Below, piece after piece: positions 17,811 to 28,187 of a stretch of DNA of 64,000 bases. The translations under genes and the position numbers were made by a program. The notes under the pieces are model-generated. The model worked only from the letters and a program-made list of their open reading frames with translations, searched no databases and was not told where the DNA came from. The stretch lies in the IMG/VR virus record IMGVR_UViG_3300017909_001210, positions 15,614-79,613 of that record; one strand, 5' to 3'. This DNA comes from a virus (taxonomy: Duplodnaviria > Caudoviricetes). Position 1 is the stretch's first letter; every line of letters begins with the position of its first letter.

Positions 17811-18501
17811 ATTATTATTTCCATATGTCTGTATCGAAGACAACTTATTAGAGACTGGTCAACTAGAACAAGACTATATTGATTTACTTAAAAATGAAAT
17901 AGACTCTATGAGAAAGACAGACCCAGTAGGAAGAAGAATATCCAATCAATACACTGGTTGGCAATCAAATGACGGGTGTGAGTCAAGTCCTATCTTTACT
18001 AAATTGTTGAGAATTATCAATCATAAGTTTAATACAGAATTACTTAATTATACTGGACATAGTTCTAGTGAAGTTCAGTTAAACATTTCAAATTCATGGG
18101 CAAACATAAATGATAAAGGTGCATGGAACGCTCCACACTTACATAATGGTTGTTGGTATAGTGGTGTATTCTATGTCCATTCAGAAGGAGATGAAGGGAA
18201 CTTTGTTGCACTCGATAAAGACCCAAAGGTAGTTTCAGATTTTCCCCATTCACCAAGAGAAAGTCAAACCTTTAGACTTGCACCTAGAACTGGTCACTTA
18301 TTTCTTTTTCCAAGTGCATTAATGCATATGGTAGAACCTAACCAAACTGATAAAGATAGATATAGTATATCATTTAATATGAATACTCGGTATTTAACCA
18401 AACAACTCCCCGTAGGTGGTGACCCTAAAGGTTTTCACCCTGATGAATTGTGTTTTGAAGTAGATAATAACGGAAAACTTATACATAAACTCTCTACATA
18501 G
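17803..18501 (+). CDS. Putative 2OG-Fe(II) oxygenase (TIGR02466-like)
   Basis: SWANIN...NAPHLH...SGVFYV...LFLFPSALMHMVEPN...RYSISFN. Confidence 0.8.
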   Translation: MIRLLFPYVCIEDNLLETGQLEQDYIDLLKNEIDSMRKTDPVGRRISNQYTGWQSNDGCESSPIFTKLLRIINHKFNTELLNYTGHSSSEVQLNISNSWANINDKGAWNAPHLHNGCWYSGVFYVHSEGDEGNFVALDKDPKVVSDFPHSPRESQTFRLAPRTGHLFLFPSALMHMVEPNQTDKDRYSISFNMNTRYLTKQLPVGGDPKGFHPDELCFEVDNNGKLIHKLST

Positions 18502-18526
18502 TCATTACGATTTCATAAATAATCGT

Positions 18527-18787
18527 ATGGAAATTGTAATAGACGCTCATATTATATGGAATGTTATCTTAACATTTATACTAATGCCTGTAGGTTTTTT
18601 AGTTAGAAACATTCTATCAGAACAAAAAAGACTTGATATACTAGTCAACAAAACACGTGAAGAAATTGCACGTGATTACGCAACTAGAGAACAAATCGAA
18701 GCAGATTTCCAAAGAATTATGGATTCAATTGAAAGATTATCAGAAAAATTAGATAGAATCCAATCTAAAACTTATTTCCAAGATTAA
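18527..18787 (+). CDS. Small protein with N-terminal TM helix and coiled coil
   Basis: Hydrophobic WNVILTFILMPVGFLV followed by heptad-like charged sequence. Confidence 0.6.
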   Translation: MEIVIDAHIIWNVILTFILMPVGFLVRNILSEQKRLDILVNKTREEIARDYATREQIEADFQRIMDSIERLSEKLDRIQSKTYFQD

Positions 18788-18793
18788 AATTAC

Positions 18794-18801
18794 TATAAAT
18801 A
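18794..18801 (+). promoter_or_regulatory. T4-type late promoter TATAAATA
   Basis: Exact consensus before gp13. Confidence 0.75.
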
Positions 18802-18823
18802 GTAATAAACAGGATTTATTACT

Positions 18824-19639
18824 ATGTCAGAACCGAATTCAAAAGCAGCCTTAAAAGAATATATCAAGAGAAAACTTGGAGCTCCAGTTCTAGAAATTAA
18901 CGTGGACGATGACCAGTTTGACGATAGAATCGATGAGGCACTACAATATTTCAGAGAATTCCATTACGATGGTTCTATTAAGACATTTTTAAAACACCAA
19001 ATCACTCAAGAAGAGATTGATTCATTCAAAACGAATGAAACTCATAATGCAGCGACAACTGGAACACATGCAATCTCAGGACAAACTTACGGAGAGGGTC
19101 AAAACTACATTACACTACCCGAACACGTGTTAAGTGTAATCAATATTTTCCCTTTCAATTCAGGTCAAACTTCAAGTATGTTTGATATCCAGTATCAATT
19201 AAGATTGAATGATTTATATGATTTAACTTCAACAAGTGTTTTATACTATTCACAAGTTCAATCACACTTGTCACTTTTAAACGATATCCTAGTGGGTCAG
19301 ATACCTATTAGATACAATATGCATTCTAACAGACTTTACATGGACTACAGTGCAAGTAAATTAAGTGCTGGTGAGTATATCATTATTGAATGTTATAGAA
19401 AATTAGACCCAACAGACATGACTGATATCTATAATGATATGTGGTTGAAAAAGTATTCAACTGCATTAGTGAAGTATCAATGGGGAGAGAACCTCTCTAA
19501 ATTCCAAGGAGTTGAGTTGCCTGGTGGTATAACACTAGACGGAGCTCAAATGAAAACAGAAGCACAAGAAGAGATAACTAAATTAGAAGAAGAATCCCGA
19601 CTGAATTTCGAAATGCCAGTCATGGATATGATGGGGTAA
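18824..19639 (+). CDS. gp13: Neck protein gp13
   Basis: LKEYIKRKLGAPVLEINVDDDQ...WLKKYSTALVKYQWGENLSKFQGVELPGG; position in the T4 gene order. Confidence 0.92.
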   Translation: MSEPNSKAALKEYIKRKLGAPVLEINVDDDQFDDRIDEALQYFREFHYDGSIKTFLKHQITQEEIDSFKTNETHNAATTGTHAISGQTYGEGQNYITLPEHVLSVINIFPFNSGQTSSMFDIQYQLRLNDLYDLTSTSVLYYSQVQSHLSLLNDILVGQIPIRYNMHSNRLYMDYSASKLSAGEYIIIECYRKLDPTDMTDIYNDMWLKKYSTALVKYQWGENLSKFQGVELPGGITLDGAQMKTEAQEEITKLEEESRLNFEMPVMDMMG

Positions 19640-19643
19640 TTGA

Positions 19644-20504
19644 ATGCCTACAAATGTATTTTTTAACCATGCAGTCAACACTGAACAACACCTTTACGAA
19701 GATTTAGTTGTTGAGTCGTTAAGATTCTATGGTCATGATGTCTTCTATCTTCCTAGGGAAATAATCGAAGAAGACACAATTTTAACTGAAGACGTTCAAT
19801 CACGTTTCGGTGATGCATATTCTGTAGAAATGTATTTAGAAAATCCAGGCGGTGGATTCGAAGGTGAGGGTGACCTCATGTCTAAATTCGGTGTTCAAAT
19901 CAATGAAGAAGCAACCTTTGTGATATCATTGAGAACTTGGGAAAGATTCATATCACTAGATTCAAACCTTGCAACTTCACTTAGACCAAATGAAGGGGAT
20001 TTAATTTACTTCCCACTTTCAGGTTCTATGTTTGAAATTAGATTCGTAGAAGACCAAAATCCATTCTTCCAGTTAGGAAAACTATTTGTATTCAAAATGC
20101 GTTGCACATTATTCGAGTATGGTGGAGAAGACTTCGATACTGGAACAGATGCAGACTTGGTTGAACAAGATAGAGCATACACAATTTCTATGACTATGTC
20201 AGATACAGATTCAGAAAACACTGGTTCTTATGTTGCAAATGAAAACGTCACATTGAATAGTGTTGTAGTTGGTGAAGTTGTAAACTACAGAGGTTCAAAC
20301 AGAGAACTCATTATTAAAGATAACACTACAACACTTGCACAAGGAGATAGACTTGTCGGTGCAACCTCGGGTGCAACAAGAACGATTGCAAGTATTGTTG
20401 ACGTAATGACTATGGAAGGAAGTGTTGCACAAAATAAAGACTTCGAAGATAAAGATAATAATTATCTAGACTTTAGTGAAACGAATCCGTTTGGAGAACC
20501 CTAA
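19644..20504 (+). CDS. gp14: Neck protein gp14
   Basis: EQHLYEDLVVESLRFYGHDVFYLPR...RPNEGDLIYFPL...NPFGEP. Confidence 0.92.
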   Translation: MPTNVFFNHAVNTEQHLYEDLVVESLRFYGHDVFYLPREIIEEDTILTEDVQSRFGDAYSVEMYLENPGGGFEGEGDLMSKFGVQINEEATFVISLRTWERFISLDSNLATSLRPNEGDLIYFPLSGSMFEIRFVEDQNPFFQLGKLFVFKMRCTLFEYGGEDFDTGTDADLVEQDRAYTISMTMSDTDSENTGSYVANENVTLNSVVVGEVVNYRGSNRELIIKDNTTTLAQGDRLVGATSGATRTIASIVDVMTMEGSVAQNKDFEDKDNNYLDFSETNPFGEP

Positions 20505-21547
20505 TGTTTGGAACTCATTTTTATCACGAAACCATAAAAAGGTCTGTATCGATATTTGGAACACTGTTCAATAATATCTATGTAAAAAAGATTCAAGAAG
20601 ATGGAACAGTTTTATCACAACAACTCGTTCCCATTTCATACGGCCCTAAACAAAAGTTCCTTGCAAGACTTACAGAAGACGCAAAAGAAAGGGATTTAAA
20701 TGTCACCTCAATTAACCTTCCAAGAATGGCATTCGAATTGACGGGGTTTGAGTATGATGCAACTAGACAACAGAATAAATTAATACGTCATTCTAAATCA
20801 AGTTTAGAAACAGACGGAGTAAATCGTGGGTATCAATATAATCCAGCACCATACAATCTAAACTTTACACTAAGTGTTCTTGCAAAGAATATGTCTGATG
20901 CATTACAGATTGTAGAACAAATTTTACCATATTTCCAACCTGAATATACAGTCACAATGAAAATGATTGACGATATGTCAGACGTTAGGGACGTTCCAAT
21001 CACATTAAATTCTGTAGGTTTGGAAGATACATACGAAGGAAGTTTTGAAGAAAGACGTGTAATAGAATATACACTTGAATTTACTATGAAAATTTATTTC
21101 TTCGGCCCTGTTTATACTGGAACAGTTATCAAAAACGTTGTCGAAAGAGAGTATATTAATACTGATATCTCAGGTCAATTCACAACTTCACAAATTAATG
21201 AGAGTGGATTGGTCAAAGAAGTTAAACATTATGAACCTGCCTTTGCAGAAACTAGTTCTACTGCAGTGACTAACACTGCAACAGTTCCTTTTGCAACTGC
21301 AATAAATAGTAAGATAAGTGTAGGAGATGAGGTCTTTGGAACGAATTTAACACCAAATCCAACAGTTTCCTCTATTGCAAGTAATAGATTATCAATAGAT
21401 TTAAGTTCTGCAGTGACACTAGAAGAGAACACTAAACTTAAATTTGTAGGTTCAGTAGAACCAAGTGATACTTTCGTAGTTGCAGAAACAGTGACATTTT
21501 ATGACGATGGTTCTAAAGAATCATTCAGTGAAACCGATGACAGTTAA
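20504..21547 (+). CDS. gp15: Tail sheath stabiliser/completion protein gp15
   Basis: FYHETIKRSVSIFGTLFNNI...VPISYGPKQKF...LPRMAFE...QIVEQILPYFQP. Confidence 0.92.
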   Translation: MFGTHFYHETIKRSVSIFGTLFNNIYVKKIQEDGTVLSQQLVPISYGPKQKFLARLTEDAKERDLNVTSINLPRMAFELTGFEYDATRQQNKLIRHSKSSLETDGVNRGYQYNPAPYNLNFTLSVLAKNMSDALQIVEQILPYFQPEYTVTMKMIDDMSDVRDVPITLNSVGLEDTYEGSFEERRVIEYTLEFTMKIYFFGPVYTGTVIKNVVEREYINTDISGQFTTSQINESGLVKEVKHYEPAFAETSSTAVTNTATVPFATAINSKISVGDEVFGTNLTPNPTVSSIASNRLSIDLSSAVTLEENTKLKFVGSVEPSDTFVVAETVTFYDDGSKESFSETDDS

Positions 21548-21549
21548 TT

Positions 21550-21957
21550 ATGACAAAAGAAACAGTAGATGAAAAGTTAGATTCTTTATTAGATATCAAC
21601 ACTGAAATCAAAAAAGAAACCAAGGTAGTCAAAGTCCCGTCAAGGATAGAGAATATCGATACAGACTACAAATATGCAAGAGAGAACCTCTATAACCTCG
21701 TAGAACGTGGTCAAGATGCAATCGAAGGTATATTAGAACTTTCCAAAGAAACCGAACACCCACGTGCATATGAAGTCGCAGGACAACTTATTAAGACTGT
21801 AGCCGATACTGCAGAAAAACTTATAGACGTTCAAAAGAAATTAAAGGATTTAGAAAAAGAAGATAGTAGTATTAAAACACAACATAATCATTTATATGTT
21901 GGGTCAACTTCTGAATTGCAGAAGTTTTTGAAGAAAGAAAAGAATAAAGATGACTGA
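21550..21957 (+). CDS. gp16: Terminase small subunit gp16
   Basis: DYKYARENLY...HPRAYEVAGQLIK...LYVGSTSELQK. Confidence 0.92.
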   Translation: MTKETVDEKLDSLLDINTEIKKETKVVKVPSRIENIDTDYKYARENLYNLVERGQDAIEGILELSKETEHPRAYEVAGQLIKTVADTAEKLIDVQKKLKDLEKEDSSIKTQHNHLYVGSTSELQKFLKKEKNKDD

Positions 21958-23551
21958 TTCGAAGAATGACGGATATCTTGGTAATAATCTAATCAAGAGA
22001 GCTGGTGTAGAAACAAAATACACTGATAAAGAAATGGCAGAATACTTGAAGTGTTCTGAAAATCCTACACACTTCATTCAAAATTATACACAAATCATAT
22101 CACTAGACGAAGGTATGGTTCCCTTTACTCTTCGTGGATACCAAGAAAATCTAATTAATCACTATGACGAGAATCGATTTAGTGTTGTTCTTGCAAGTAG
22201 ACAGAGTGGTAAATCAATCACTTCTTGTGCATATCTATTGTGGTTTCTATTATTTAAACCCGAAGTCACTGTAGCAGTTCTTGCTAACAAAGGTGCAATT
22301 GCAAGAGAAATGATTGCACGTATCGTGACAATGTTAGAGTCTGTTCCATTCTTTCTACAGCCTGGTGTTAAGATTCTAAACAAAGGGTCAATAGAATTTA
22401 GTAATGATAGTAAAGTTGTCGCAGCTGCAACTTCTTCAAGTTCGATTCGTGGTATGTCAATCAACTTATTGTATCTTGACGAGTTTGCGTTTGTGGACGA
22501 TGCAGAAACGTTCTATACTGCAACATATCCCGTGGTGACCTCAGGTAAAGATTCAAAGGTTATTATTACCTCTACTGCAAATGGTGTGGGTAATATGTTT
22601 CATAAGATATATGAGTCTGCAGTTCATGAACAATCAGAATACAAATCATTTCTTATTAACTGGTTTGACGTGCCTGGCAGAGATGAAGAATGGAAGAAAG
22701 AAACCATTGCAAACACTTCAGAAGCACAATTTGAACAAGAGTATGGTAATTCATTCTTAGGAACTGGTAATACACTTATCAACAGTAATACACTACTTGG
22801 TATGAGAGCAATAGACCCCGATTGGAATAAAGACAATCTGTTTCTATATGAGAAACCAAAAGAAGGACATAGATACGTTTGCACTGTAGACGTATCAAAA
22901 GGAAGAGGTATGGACTACTCTACATTCACGATTATAGACGTGACAACAAGTCCATTTAAACAAGTATGCACATATAGGGACAATATGATAAGTCCTCTCC
23001 TCTTTCCTGATATTATAAATAAATACGTAAGACATTACAATGAACCAGTCGTAATTATAGAAAATAATGCAGAAGGTGGAACAGTTGCAAATCAGTTGCA
23101 CTACGATATCGAATATCCGAATGTTTTTGTCCAAGGACAGTTAAAGGCGGAGGACATAGGAGTGACTATGTCCCGAAAGATTAAACGTATCGGTTGTTCC
23201 ACACTGAAAGAATTATTAGAAGAAAATAGACTTGTTCTGAATGACCGACATACTATTACAGAATTAATGACTTTTGTGCATAAAGGTAATAGTTGGGAAG
23301 CAGATAGAGGATATAATGACGATATGGTCATGAATTTAGTGTTATTCAGTTGGTTTGTGACAACTGAATATTTTGTTCACTTAACGGATACAGCAGTCAA
23401 AGACTTGTTGTATTCAGAACAACAGAAACTAATCGAAGACGACTTACTACCGCCAGGGGTTTTTGACGGAGGAAATCAACAAGAATCCTTTGTAGATAGT
23501 GAGGGAGATAGATGGTATCACAAATCAATGGACGTTCCATTGAAATTATAG
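21950..23551 (+). CDS. gp17: Terminase large subunit gp17
   Basis: Walker A SRQSGKS, Walker B LYLDEFAF, nuclease DVSKGRGMDYS and DDMVM. Confidence 0.96.
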   Translation: MTDSKNDGYLGNNLIKRAGVETKYTDKEMAEYLKCSENPTHFIQNYTQIISLDEGMVPFTLRGYQENLINHYDENRFSVVLASRQSGKSITSCAYLLWFLLFKPEVTVAVLANKGAIAREMIARIVTMLESVPFFLQPGVKILNKGSIEFSNDSKVVAAATSSSSIRGMSINLLYLDEFAFVDDAETFYTATYPVVTSGKDSKVIITSTANGVGNMFHKIYESAVHEQSEYKSFLINWFDVPGRDEEWKKETIANTSEAQFEQEYGNSFLGTGNTLINSNTLLGMRAIDPDWNKDNLFLYEKPKEGHRYVCTVDVSKGRGMDYSTFTIIDVTTSPFKQVCTYRDNMISPLLFPDIINKYVRHYNEPVVIIENNAEGGTVANQLHYDIEYPNVFVQGQLKAEDIGVTMSRKIKRIGCSTLKELLEENRLVLNDRHTITELMTFVHKGNSWEADRGYNDDMVMNLVLFSWFVTTEYFVHLTDTAVKDLLYSEQQKLIEDDLLPPGVFDGGNQQESFVDSEGDRWYHKSMDVPLKL

Positions 23552-23571
23552 TTTGTTGAGTTTTATAAAGT

Positions 23572-23579
23572 TATAAATA
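23572..23579 (+). promoter_or_regulatory. T4-type late promoter TATAAATA
   Basis: Exact consensus before gp18. Confidence 0.75.
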
Positions 23580-23617
23580 AAACAGTAAACAACTTTTAAT
23601 ACAACAGGAGTAAAAGT

Positions 23618-25606
23618 ATGGCATTTCAAGTATCACCAGGCGTTCAGGTAAACGAGATAGACCTGACAAATGTTGTTCCAGCCGTTTCATCGACTACAGG
23701 TGCATTTGCTGGACAATTCCAATGGGGCCCTGTTGATGAAGTTATAACAGTTTCAGATGCAAAGGGTTTAGTCGATAATTTCTATCAACCAGCTAATACT
23801 GATGCTGGAGCAGAAGACTTCTATTCAGCAGAAGCATTCCTAAAATATGGTTCTTCACTAAGAGTCGTAAGAATTAACTCATCTGAGTTAAACAATGCAA
23901 ATGCATCAAGTGGAACTGCATTACTAAAGAATAATGACGAGTATGTATCTACTTACCAAAATGGTTCACAAAACGGAACAGTTGGTAATTGGATTGCAAA
24001 ATACGCAGGTTCATTAGGTAATTCACTAAAAGTTTCAGTATGTGCGTCATCAGATGCATATTTTAACGATGCAGTGACTACACTTTCAGGACAAGAATCA
24101 GTTGGACAAACAACTATCTCAGTAAATGATTCTTCAGGTATGTTTGTAAGAGATATCGTTAAATTCGCAGGTCACAATACAGAATATAGAGTGACTTCAA
24201 TTCCCGATGGAACTTCAATCGTAGTCGAAGCAATCGGACAACCTGCTGGAACAGGTCTAACTGCAGCTGTAGATTCAGGTGCAAACGTAGATAGATATTG
24301 GGAGTTTTATAACTCTTTCGATAAAGCACCTGCTAAGTCAGGAACAGCAACATCTGCTGGAGGTTCAGACGATGAACTTCATATCGTAATATCAGACGAA
24401 GACGGACTTTTCTCAGGAGTTCAGAACACAATTTTAGAAACTTATGGTTTCGTATCTCTTGCTTCAGATAGTAAAGATAGTCAAGGACAATCTAACTACT
24501 ACAAAAATGTAATTGCAAGAGAATCAGAATACGTTTACTGGTCAGGTCACTCAACAGACTTATTGGACAGTGCAAACGAAGAAAGAACACACTTAACATC
24601 TGCAACAACAGCTTTCGGAAGACCTTCTGCAGTAATCAACGTATCACTAGGTGGTGGTGTTGACGGAAGAATCCCAACTGCTGGAGAGAAACATGGTGCA
24701 TATACAGACCATTTCGGTGATGCAGAAACAATAGACGTTTCATTCTTAATCGTAGGTTCTACAAGAACAGATGATGGTTCAGGAAATTCACAAGATATTC
24801 TTGCAGACCATAATTCTATCGTAAATAATATCATTCAAATCGCAGAAAACAGAAAAGATTGTATGGTTATTGCTTCACCAAGACGTGCAAGTGTCGTAGG
24901 TGTTTCAAGTGAATCAACACAATCTTCAAATGTTATTGCTGATTTTGCTTCAGTCACTTCTTCCTCATATGCAGTGTTAGACAGTGGTTGGGTATATCAA
25001 TACGATAGATACAACGACAAATACTGTTATGTTCCTGCTAACGGACATACATCAGGTATAATGGCAAGGTCAGACTTATTAAGAGACCCATGGTTCTCAC
25101 CTGCTGGTTTCTCAAGAGGTCAATACTTAGGTATTACTAAACTTGCATTTAATCCTTCACAATCATCAAGAGATGACTTATATCGTGCAAGAATTAACCC
25201 AGTATGCACATTCGCAGGTCAAGGAACAGTATTATTCGGTGATAAAACAGCTTTATCATCACCTTCAGCATTCGATAGAATCAATGTCAGAAGGTTATTC
25301 ATTGTTCTTGAAAAAGCAATCGCAACTGCTGCTAAATCACAACTCTTTGAATTCAACGATGCATTCACAAGAGCGCAATTTAGAGCTGCAGTAGAACCTT
25401 TCTTAAGAGATGTTAAGAATAGACGTGGATTAGTAGATTTCTCAGTATTATGTGATGAAACAAACAACACTGATACTGTTATAGATAGAAACGAATTCGT
25501 TTGTTCTATCTTTGTGAAACCTGCTAGAAGTATTAACTTTATAACTCTCAACTTTGTCGCAGCCAGAAGTGGTGTAGACTTTGAAGAGATTTACAGTGCA
25601 GTTTAA
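23618..25606 (+). CDS. gp18: Tail sheath protein gp18
   Basis: FQVSPGVQVNEIDLT...PWFSPAG...FDRINVRRLF...KPARSINFITLNFVA. Confidence 0.96.
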   Translation: MAFQVSPGVQVNEIDLTNVVPAVSSTTGAFAGQFQWGPVDEVITVSDAKGLVDNFYQPANTDAGAEDFYSAEAFLKYGSSLRVVRINSSELNNANASSGTALLKNNDEYVSTYQNGSQNGTVGNWIAKYAGSLGNSLKVSVCASSDAYFNDAVTTLSGQESVGQTTISVNDSSGMFVRDIVKFAGHNTEYRVTSIPDGTSIVVEAIGQPAGTGLTAAVDSGANVDRYWEFYNSFDKAPAKSGTATSAGGSDDELHIVISDEDGLFSGVQNTILETYGFVSLASDSKDSQGQSNYYKNVIARESEYVYWSGHSTDLLDSANEERTHLTSATTAFGRPSAVINVSLGGGVDGRIPTAGEKHGAYTDHFGDAETIDVSFLIVGSTRTDDGSGNSQDILADHNSIVNNIIQIAENRKDCMVIASPRRASVVGVSSESTQSSNVIADFASVTSSSYAVLDSGWVYQYDRYNDKYCYVPANGHTSGIMARSDLLRDPWFSPAGFSRGQYLGITKLAFNPSQSSRDDLYRARINPVCTFAGQGTVLFGDKTALSSPSAFDRINVRRLFIVLEKAIATAAKSQLFEFNDAFTRAQFRAAVEPFLRDVKNRRGLVDFSVLCDETNNTDTVIDRNEFVCSIFVKPARSINFITLNFVAARSGVDFEEIYSAV

Positions 25607-25616
25607 GGAGAACTAA

Positions 25617-26114
25617 ATGGCAAGTATAGACCAATTTAAAGCACAACTTATAGGTGGAGGCCCAAGAGCCAACAGATTTAAAGTTTTCATTCCAAGAGCT
25701 GGAAACAAAATTGAATTCTTGTGCAAAGCTGCTAATATCCCAGCAGGAACTTTAGGAGAAGTTATTGTTCCTTTCAGAGGACATAACCTTAAACTTGCTG
25801 GAGAAAGAACATTCGAAGATTGGCAGATTACAGTAATCAACGATGTTGAGTTTTCAGTTAGAAGTGGTCTAGAAGCATGGCAAGAAGAAATTCAAGCATT
25901 AGATAGTGGTGAAGGTTCAACCTCTACAGACTATCTTATTTCTAGAGCGTTCGTAGAACAACTTAACAAAGATGACTCCGTCCTTGCGAGATACGAGTTT
26001 TTCAACATGTTCCCTAAAGCAATAGGTGCAATCGAATTAAATTACGATACAGTAGATGCATTAGAGGAATTTACAGTTGACTTTACTTTTTCTCACTGGG
26101 AAAGAGTCCTTTAA
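25617..26114 (+). CDS. gp19: Tail tube protein gp19
   Basis: GGPRANRF...FLCKAANIP...KLAGERTFEDWQITVINDVEF. Confidence 0.93.
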   Translation: MASIDQFKAQLIGGGPRANRFKVFIPRAGNKIEFLCKAANIPAGTLGEVIVPFRGHNLKLAGERTFEDWQITVINDVEFSVRSGLEAWQEEIQALDSGEGSTSTDYLISRAFVEQLNKDDSVLARYEFFNMFPKAIGAIELNYDTVDALEEFTVDFTFSHWERVL

Positions 26115-26144
26115 ATCAAAGTGACATACCCCCTAAAAAGGGAG

Positions 26145-26152
26145 TATAAATA
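26145..26152 (+). promoter_or_regulatory. T4-type late promoter TATAAATA
   Basis: Exact consensus 5 nt before the portal ATG. Confidence 0.75.
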
Positions 26153-26157
26153 ATAGT

Positions 26158-27693
26158 ATGGAATTATTTGGGTTTGAAATATCCCGTAAAAGGGAAGAAT
26201 TAAGAGCAACGGAGGACAAGAACCAAAAGTCCTTTGTGCCACCCGTTGACGATGACGGAACCCCCGTCATTGAACAACAAAGTGGTTTCATATCAGGTGC
26301 AGCCTATGGGTCGTATGTCGATATGGAAGGTGGTATCAAGAATGAGGCAGAACTCATTCGAAGATACCGCGAAACCTCTTTGGTTCCCGAGTGTGATTCG
26401 GCAATCGAAGATATAGTTAATGAGTGTATCACTTCTGACACTTCAGATAAGATAGTATCACTCGACCTCAGAGATGTAAAGCTCTCTGACAGTATCAAAA
26501 CTAAGATACAAGAAGAGTTTAATCACATCTTATCTATAATGAAGTTCAATCAGAACTCTCATGAATTATTCAGAAAGTGGTATGTAGACGGAAGAATTTA
26601 CTTCCATAAGGTCGTTGATTCGTCACGACCAAAATTAGGTATTGTAGACCTAAGAAATGTTGACCCGATTAAGATTAAGAAGGTCAGAAACGTAGAAAAA
26701 CAGAAAGACCCTAAGACAAAGGTCGACAGAATTAAGAAAATTGAAGAGTTTTATCTTTTCAATGATAAAGGTTTTGACAAGTCTACTGCAACAGAAGGGA
26801 CTACAGTCAAAATTGCACCTGAAGCTGTGACATACACAACTTCGGGTTTATTGGATTACACTAAAAATGTTGTAATCGGATATCTGCATAAAGCATTGAA
26901 GACTGCAAATCAGTTATCAATGATGGAAGATGCACTTGTTATCTATAGGATTTCAAGAGCACCCGAGAGAAGAATTTTCTACATTGACGTAGGAAACCTT
27001 CCAAAAGCAAAGGCAGAACAGTATCTTGCAGACGTTATGAACCGATACAAGAACAAGTTAGTCTACAATGCAGATACAGGTGAAATCAAAGATGATAGAA
27101 AACATATGAGTATGTTAGAAGATTTTTGGTTACCTAGAAGAGAAGGTGGTAGAGGAACAGAGATTACTACCCTGCCTGGTGGACAAAACCTTGCAGATAT
27201 AGACGATATAGAATACTTTAAGAAGAAACTATATCAGTCATTAAATGTTCCTGCGTCTAGAATGGAAGCAGACAATGGATTCAATATGGGTCGTGCTTCA
27301 GAGATTTCTAGAGATGAACTTAAGTTTAATAAGTTCACAAACAGACTTCAGAAGAAGTTTGCAAGAGTTTTTACAGATATTCTTAAGACTCAATTGGTTC
27401 TTAAGGAAATCGTAAGTGGTGAAGAGTTTGATAAAGTCAAAGACTTCATTCAATATGATTATGCAACGGACAACCACTTTACAGAGTTGAAAGATGCAGA
27501 AATCATGAGGGAGAGATTAGATACTCTCTCAAATATTTCTGATTATGTCGGACAATATTACTCAAAAGAATGGGTAAGAAAATATGTGTTAAGACAATCA
27601 GAAGAAGACATTAAATTAATTGATAAACAGATTACCGATGAAGGTGGGTCTGAATCAGATGAAGGAAGTGAAGATGACTTCGGAGGATTTTAA
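26158..27693 (+). CDS. gp20: Portal protein gp20
   Basis: YRISRAPERRIFYIDVGNLPK...MLEDFWLPRREGGRGTEITTLPGG. Confidence 0.97.
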   Translation: MELFGFEISRKREELRATEDKNQKSFVPPVDDDGTPVIEQQSGFISGAAYGSYVDMEGGIKNEAELIRRYRETSLVPECDSAIEDIVNECITSDTSDKIVSLDLRDVKLSDSIKTKIQEEFNHILSIMKFNQNSHELFRKWYVDGRIYFHKVVDSSRPKLGIVDLRNVDPIKIKKVRNVEKQKDPKTKVDRIKKIEEFYLFNDKGFDKSTATEGTTVKIAPEAVTYTTSGLLDYTKNVVIGYLHKALKTANQLSMMEDALVIYRISRAPERRIFYIDVGNLPKAKAEQYLADVMNRYKNKLVYNADTGEIKDDRKHMSMLEDFWLPRREGGRGTEITTLPGGQNLADIDDIEYFKKKLYQSLNVPASRMEADNGFNMGRASEISRDELKFNKFTNRLQKKFARVFTDILKTQLVLKEIVSGEEFDKVKDFIQYDYATDNHFTELKDAEIMRERLDTLSNISDYVGQYYSKEWVRKYVLRQSEEDIKLIDKQITDEGGSESDEGSEDDFGGF

Positions 27694-27696
27694 TAA

Positions 27697-27882
27697 ATGA
27701 GTAGTGAAATAGCAAAAGAGATAGTAAACTCAATTGAAGCAGGTAAGTTAGATACTGCAAAAGACCAAGTCTTTGACGGAATCAAACAGAAAGCTGCAGA
27801 AACAATCGATATGAAAAGAGTTGAAATGCAAGTAGATTGGATAAATAAAACTCAAGAAGAACCAACAGGTGAAGCCGAGTAA
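27697..27882 (+). CDS. Small prohead-associated protein (gp67-position)
   Basis: 61 aa directly after the portal gene; call is by position only. Confidence 0.45.
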   Translation: MSSEIAKEIVNSIEAGKLDTAKDQVFDGIKQKAAETIDMKRVEMQVDWINKTQEEPTGEAE

Positions 27883-28187
27883 TGAAATCCTTTGCAGACA
27901 TTCAGGTCGAATTACGTGAGGCAAAATTTAAGTTGCCACGTGGTCATAAAGACCTGAAAACTGATGTTGTAAAGATTGGTGGTAAGAAGATTAATATCTC
28001 TTACACTGAATACAGAGGTAAGGTTCATGTATATGTAGATGGACAAGACTTCGGTGGTGCAACATATAAAGACTTAAAGACTGCAGAGAAAGAAATGAAA
28101 GGTATGAAAGATGTCATCAAACAAATGTCAGAAGAAGAGAATATAGACATAGAGGAAATTTTCAATGAAATTAATATCAGAGTTTAA
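27882..28187 (+). CDS. Prohead core-like protein (gp68-position)
   Basis: MKSFADIQVELREAK N-terminus with an LxE site; lies between portal and protease. Confidence 0.45.
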   Translation: MKSFADIQVELREAKFKLPRGHKDLKTDVVKIGGKKINISYTEYRGKVHVYVDGQDFGGATYKDLKTAEKEMKGMKDVIKQMSEEENIDIEEIFNEINIRV

